This document shows positions 32,500-34,970 of a stretch of 34,970 bases of DNA, piece after piece. The stretch spans positions 1 through 34,970 of the forward strand of contig JBGFSC010000024.1 of NCBI GenBank assembly GCA_041694815.1, given 5' to 3'. Position 1 is the stretch's first letter. Every line of letters begins with the position of its first letter. The notes beneath the pieces are model-generated. The model saw nothing but the letters and a program-made list of their open reading frames with translations, was not told the origin of the DNA and ran no database searches. The stretch comes from Elusimicrobiota bacterium. Lineage in GTDB: Bacteria; Elusimicrobiota; Elusimicrobia; UBA1565; JACRDR01. A program made the position numbers and the translations under genes.

Positions 32500-32973
32500 T
32501 TAGGCACGAACTCCTTTAAGAGGGCCCGCCATTTGAACAGACTCATGGATAATGCCCTTGAGTTTCAGGGTGGGCATATCGGGGGATTCAGGCCTTGGCG
32601 TAAGCGTTCTTTTGTAGGGATCGGGGATCAGATCCAGGGTCTCCATTACGATCTGCCCGATCAAAGGCTCGCAGCCCGCGGGCCCCACAAGACAGTCCGT
32701 GTGCATCACCCGGTCCCCTATGGCGAGAAAAATGCTGCCCGCTTGGCTTAGCCTTATCCGTTCATCATTGGCCAGGCACACCTGGACCGTCCGGATATGC
32801 TTAAGGCCCAAGCCCTCGACGAGATCCAGCGGCAAAAGCGTCATCACCGCGCCCGTATCTACGATCGCCTCGATTTCCCGCGCGCGAACCTTGTCTTGAG
32901 GGAGATGCCCGGCCTTAAATAGCACCCAATCATCGTGATTTTCGAGCCGTACCTTCGCCCGTATTTCGCCCAT
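32500..32973 (-). CDS. Clan AA (retropepsin-like, AF_0612-type) aspartic protease, copy 3
   Basis: AIVDTGAV catalytic motif and PLIGQIVMETLDL. Start placed at MGEIR; the ORF is open to 33009. Confidence 0.88.
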   Translation of the reverse strand: MGEIRAKVRLENHDDWVLFKAGHLPQDKVRAREIEAIVDTGAVMTLLPLDLVEGLGLKHIRTVQVCLANDERIRLSQAGSIFLAIGDRVMHTDCLVGPAGCEPLIGQIVMETLDLIPDPYKRTLTPRPESPDMPTLKLKGIIHESVQMAGPLKGVRA

Positions 32974-32980
32974 GCCTTCT

Positions 32981-33007
32981 ATACGATTGAGCGGGGGTAA
33001 AAGTTCC
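32981..33007 (-). promoter_or_regulatory. ECF-sigma-like promoter
   Basis: GGAAC (33007-33003), 17 bp, CGTAT (32985-32981), 7 bp, ATG. Confidence 0.65.
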
Positions 33008-33021
33008 ATGCGTTTAGTATA

Positions 33022-33459
33022 TCATGCGCCCTGACACGCCGTTTTCATCTTTAGATTGGGCATATCGGGCGACTCCGGTCTGGTTCGGAGCGTCCTACGG
33101 GCGGGATCTACGATCAAGTCCAATTCTTCCAGCACTGTCTGCCCGATCAAGGCCTCGCAGCCAGGCGGCCCGGCGAGGCAGTCCATTTTCATGTTTCGGC
33201 CCAGGATCGTCAGCGAGAGCGTGCCGACCTTTGTCATCTCCACGCGACGCTCATCGGCCAGCGTGACGATAGTCCGTTCGATGGGCTCCAGGCCCAGGAA
33301 TTCCACCAGGTCCTGCGGTAAAAGCGTCAGTACCGCGCCGGTATCGACGATCGCGTCTATTTCCTGCGAGCGAACGGCCTCGCGCCCGATATTGCCGGCC
33401 TTAAAAAGGGTCCGATCGCCCTCGTTTTCTAACTTTACCCTGGTCCTGACCTCGCCCAT
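33022..33459 (-). CDS. Clan AA aspartic protease, copy 2
   Basis: AIVDTGAV and ALIGQTVLEELDL. Start MGEVR; the ORF is open to 33495. Confidence 0.88.
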   Translation of the reverse strand: MGEVRTRVKLENEGDRTLFKAGNIGREAVRSQEIDAIVDTGAVLTLLPQDLVEFLGLEPIERTIVTLADERRVEMTKVGTLSLTILGRNMKMDCLAGPPGCEALIGQTVLEELDLIVDPARRTLRTRPESPDMPNLKMKTACQGA

Positions 33460-33466
33460 GCCTTTC

Positions 33467-33493
33467 ATACGAACGAACCCTCCAAAAAGTTCC
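33467..33493 (-). promoter_or_regulatory. ECF-sigma-like promoter
   Basis: GGAAC (33493-33489), 17 bp, CGTAT (33471-33467), 7 bp, ATG. Confidence 0.65.
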
Positions 33494-33498
33494 ATCGT

Positions 33499-33945
33499 TT
33501 AGGCAGTGACAGCTGCCTCGACCATTCCCTTCATTTTCAAATTAGGCCTAAAGGGAGATTCCGGCCGCGGGGTTAGGGTGCGTCTGGCCGGATCCGGGAT
33601 AAGATCCAGAGCCTCCATTACTAATTGTCCGACAAGAGCCTCACAGCCCGGCGGCCCAACCAGACAGTCCGTATTCATGACTCGATCGCCGATGCTCAAC
33701 TGGATGGGTCCAGCCCGTTCCATCGTGACTTTCTGCTCATTGGCCAAGGTCACGACTTCCTTGGCGATTACGGAGAGGCCCAGCTTTTCGACGACCTCTT
33801 GGGGCAGCAGCATCATGACCGCGCCCGTGTCTACGATCGCCTCCATCTCCGCTTCTCGCAACTTCCGCCGGCCAAGCCGGCCTTCAGCTTTAAGAAGCGC
33901 GTCGCCCGCATTTTCCAGTCGCACCTTCGCCTTTATTTCGCCCAT
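33499..33945 (-). CDS. Clan AA aspartic protease, copy 1
   Basis: AIVDTGAV and ALVGQLVMEALDL. Start MGEIK; the ORF is open to 33981. Confidence 0.88.
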   Translation of the reverse strand: MGEIKAKVRLENAGDALLKAEGRLGRRKLREAEMEAIVDTGAVMMLLPQEVVEKLGLSVIAKEVVTLANEQKVTMERAGPIQLSIGDRVMNTDCLVGPPGCEALVGQLVMEALDLIPDPARRTLTPRPESPFRPNLKMKGMVEAAVTA

Positions 33946-33952
33946 GCCATGT

Positions 33953-33979
33953 ATACGATTGGGCCTGGGTAAAAGTTCC
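33953..33979 (-). promoter_or_regulatory. ECF-sigma-like promoter
   Basis: GGAAC (33979-33975), 17 bp, CGTAT (33957-33953), 7 bp, ATG. Confidence 0.65.
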
Positions 33980-34044
33980 ATGAATTTTACGCTCCGAACT
34001 CCGAAAACTCCTTCAACGCCAGTATAGCATGTCCGTCGTCGAAG

Positions 34045-34970
34045 TCACCGGAACCGGCTTTCGAGGGCGTCCAGGCGGCGCTTGAGTTCGGCGTTTTCAT
34101 CCCGTAGCTGCTCGATTTGATTGCGGTAAATATTGGTATTCCGTTCGCCGATATCGACAAAGCAAAGAACCTTTCCGTCATCGCCCTTGCCGCCGCTAAA
34201 AGCCTCTAACGCGATACCTACCGTCTGCCCCGGCTCGGTCGCCTTCATGGCGTAACCTGGCTTGGAGGAGGAGGTCAGGTAATCTCCGATCTTGATCGGT
34301 CCGTTCTCAAGCGTCACCTTGACCGGCACGCGGCCGGCCAGGACCAAGGGCTTGCCCGGGTGCTTCTTGCTCACATCCCGCATGTGCGACGCTATTTCAA
34401 AAGCGCTGGTTCCATCAGCGATGACCCCCAGTATGTTGGCCTCGTATCGGCCGCGGGTCTTGCGCACCTGGAACTGCTCGCCGCCTGGGACAGGACCCGA
34501 GGTTTCCAGAGAAGCGGCGCTCACGACATCGGCCGCCTCCACGTCCCTCTCGGCCATGACATATTCGGCGATGTCGGGAGTTCCGCTGCCCGTGAAGGCC
34601 CCGCGGGCGATCACCTGCCCGCTGGCTGGATTTAAGCTCATGATCGCGTTCGAAGCCGAATTGCTGGTACCGGTGGCGATGAAGATGCGATTGCCACTGC
34701 TGGCGGTGGTCAGGCCCGAGGCGCGGATATAGACGTCTTGGTTGGTGCCGTTGGAGAGCACCAGGGTGCCGCCGTCAATGGTGCCGAGCGTGGCGGCGCC
34801 TGCATTGGTAACCTTGTAGGAGCCTCCGGTGCCGAAAAAGGTCGTTCCTGTGACGGTTAGGGCCTGGCTGTTGGCTCCGACGGCGCCGTAGATGCCGCCG
34901 ACCGTCGCGGAACTCCGATTCACCGTGACGCCGTTGACGTCGAGCAAGGCTCCGGGATTCGTAATGCCGA
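34045..34970 (-). CDS. C-terminal part of a fibre/adhesin-like protein with probable intramolecular-chaperone domain and terminal coiled coil (partial)
   Basis: Frame is open to the window edge (GITNPGALLDVNG repeat motif). DIAEY...DVV...GVI...LAGRVPVKV...GDYLTSS...GYAMKA...GIALE, ending IEQLRDENAELKRRLDALE. Confidence 0.72.
   Translation of the reverse strand, partial: GITNPGALLDVNGVTVNRSSATVGGIYGAVGANSQALTVTGTTFFGTGGSYKVTNAGAATLGTIDGGTLVLSNGTNQDVYIRASGLTTASSGNRIFIATGTSNSASNAIMSLNPASGQVIARGAFTGSGTPDIAEYVMAERDVEAADVVSAASLETSGPVPGGEQFQVRKTRGRYEANILGVIADGTSAFEIASHMRDVSKKHPGKPLVLAGRVPVKVTLENGPIKIGDYLTSSSKPGYAMKATEPGQTVGIALEAFSGGKGDDGKVLCFVDIGERNTNIYRNQIEQLRDENAELKRRLDALESRFR

Noticed and set aside
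32500..33945. Retroelement or prophage origin of the retropepsin-like proteases
   Set aside because: No reverse transcriptase, integrase or capsid genes are nearby. Stand-alone clan AA proteases are common in bacteria.

Overview
GC-rich bacterial window. The gene content resembles Elusimicrobiota, but that is inference from protein style only. From left to right: (1) the left end and first 10 codons of a probable IS4-family transposase at the window edge. (2) Five Gly/Ala/Ser-rich, membrane-anchored orphan proteins (179-8907) that share short motifs and are served by three matching TTGACA-N17-TACACT promoters. (3) Two large secreted orphan ORFs and a fumarylacetoacetate-hydrolase-family gene. 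(4) A roughly 20 kb minus-strand block. In transcription order it encodes the C-terminus of a fibre-like protein, three tandem clan AA aspartic proteases each with its own ECF-like promoter, a TMTC-like GT-C/TPR protein, a GT2, an HPr-kinase-like P-loop protein, a His-less coiled-coil/HATPase protein, an FN3 protein with a T9SS type-B-like C-terminal domain, a PorV/PorP-SprF-like barrel fused to TPRs, a sensor kinase, a FliF-ring/FliG fusion, a second His-less coiled-coil/HATPase paralog and another sensor kinase. No other flagellar genes and no response regulator occur in the window. A family of palindromic elements occurs three times, twice in frame inside genes. The best candidate for a new system is the FliF-FliG fusion co-located with T9SS-like, signalling and glycosylation genes. 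All family assignments come from motif recognition by eye; no database searches were run.
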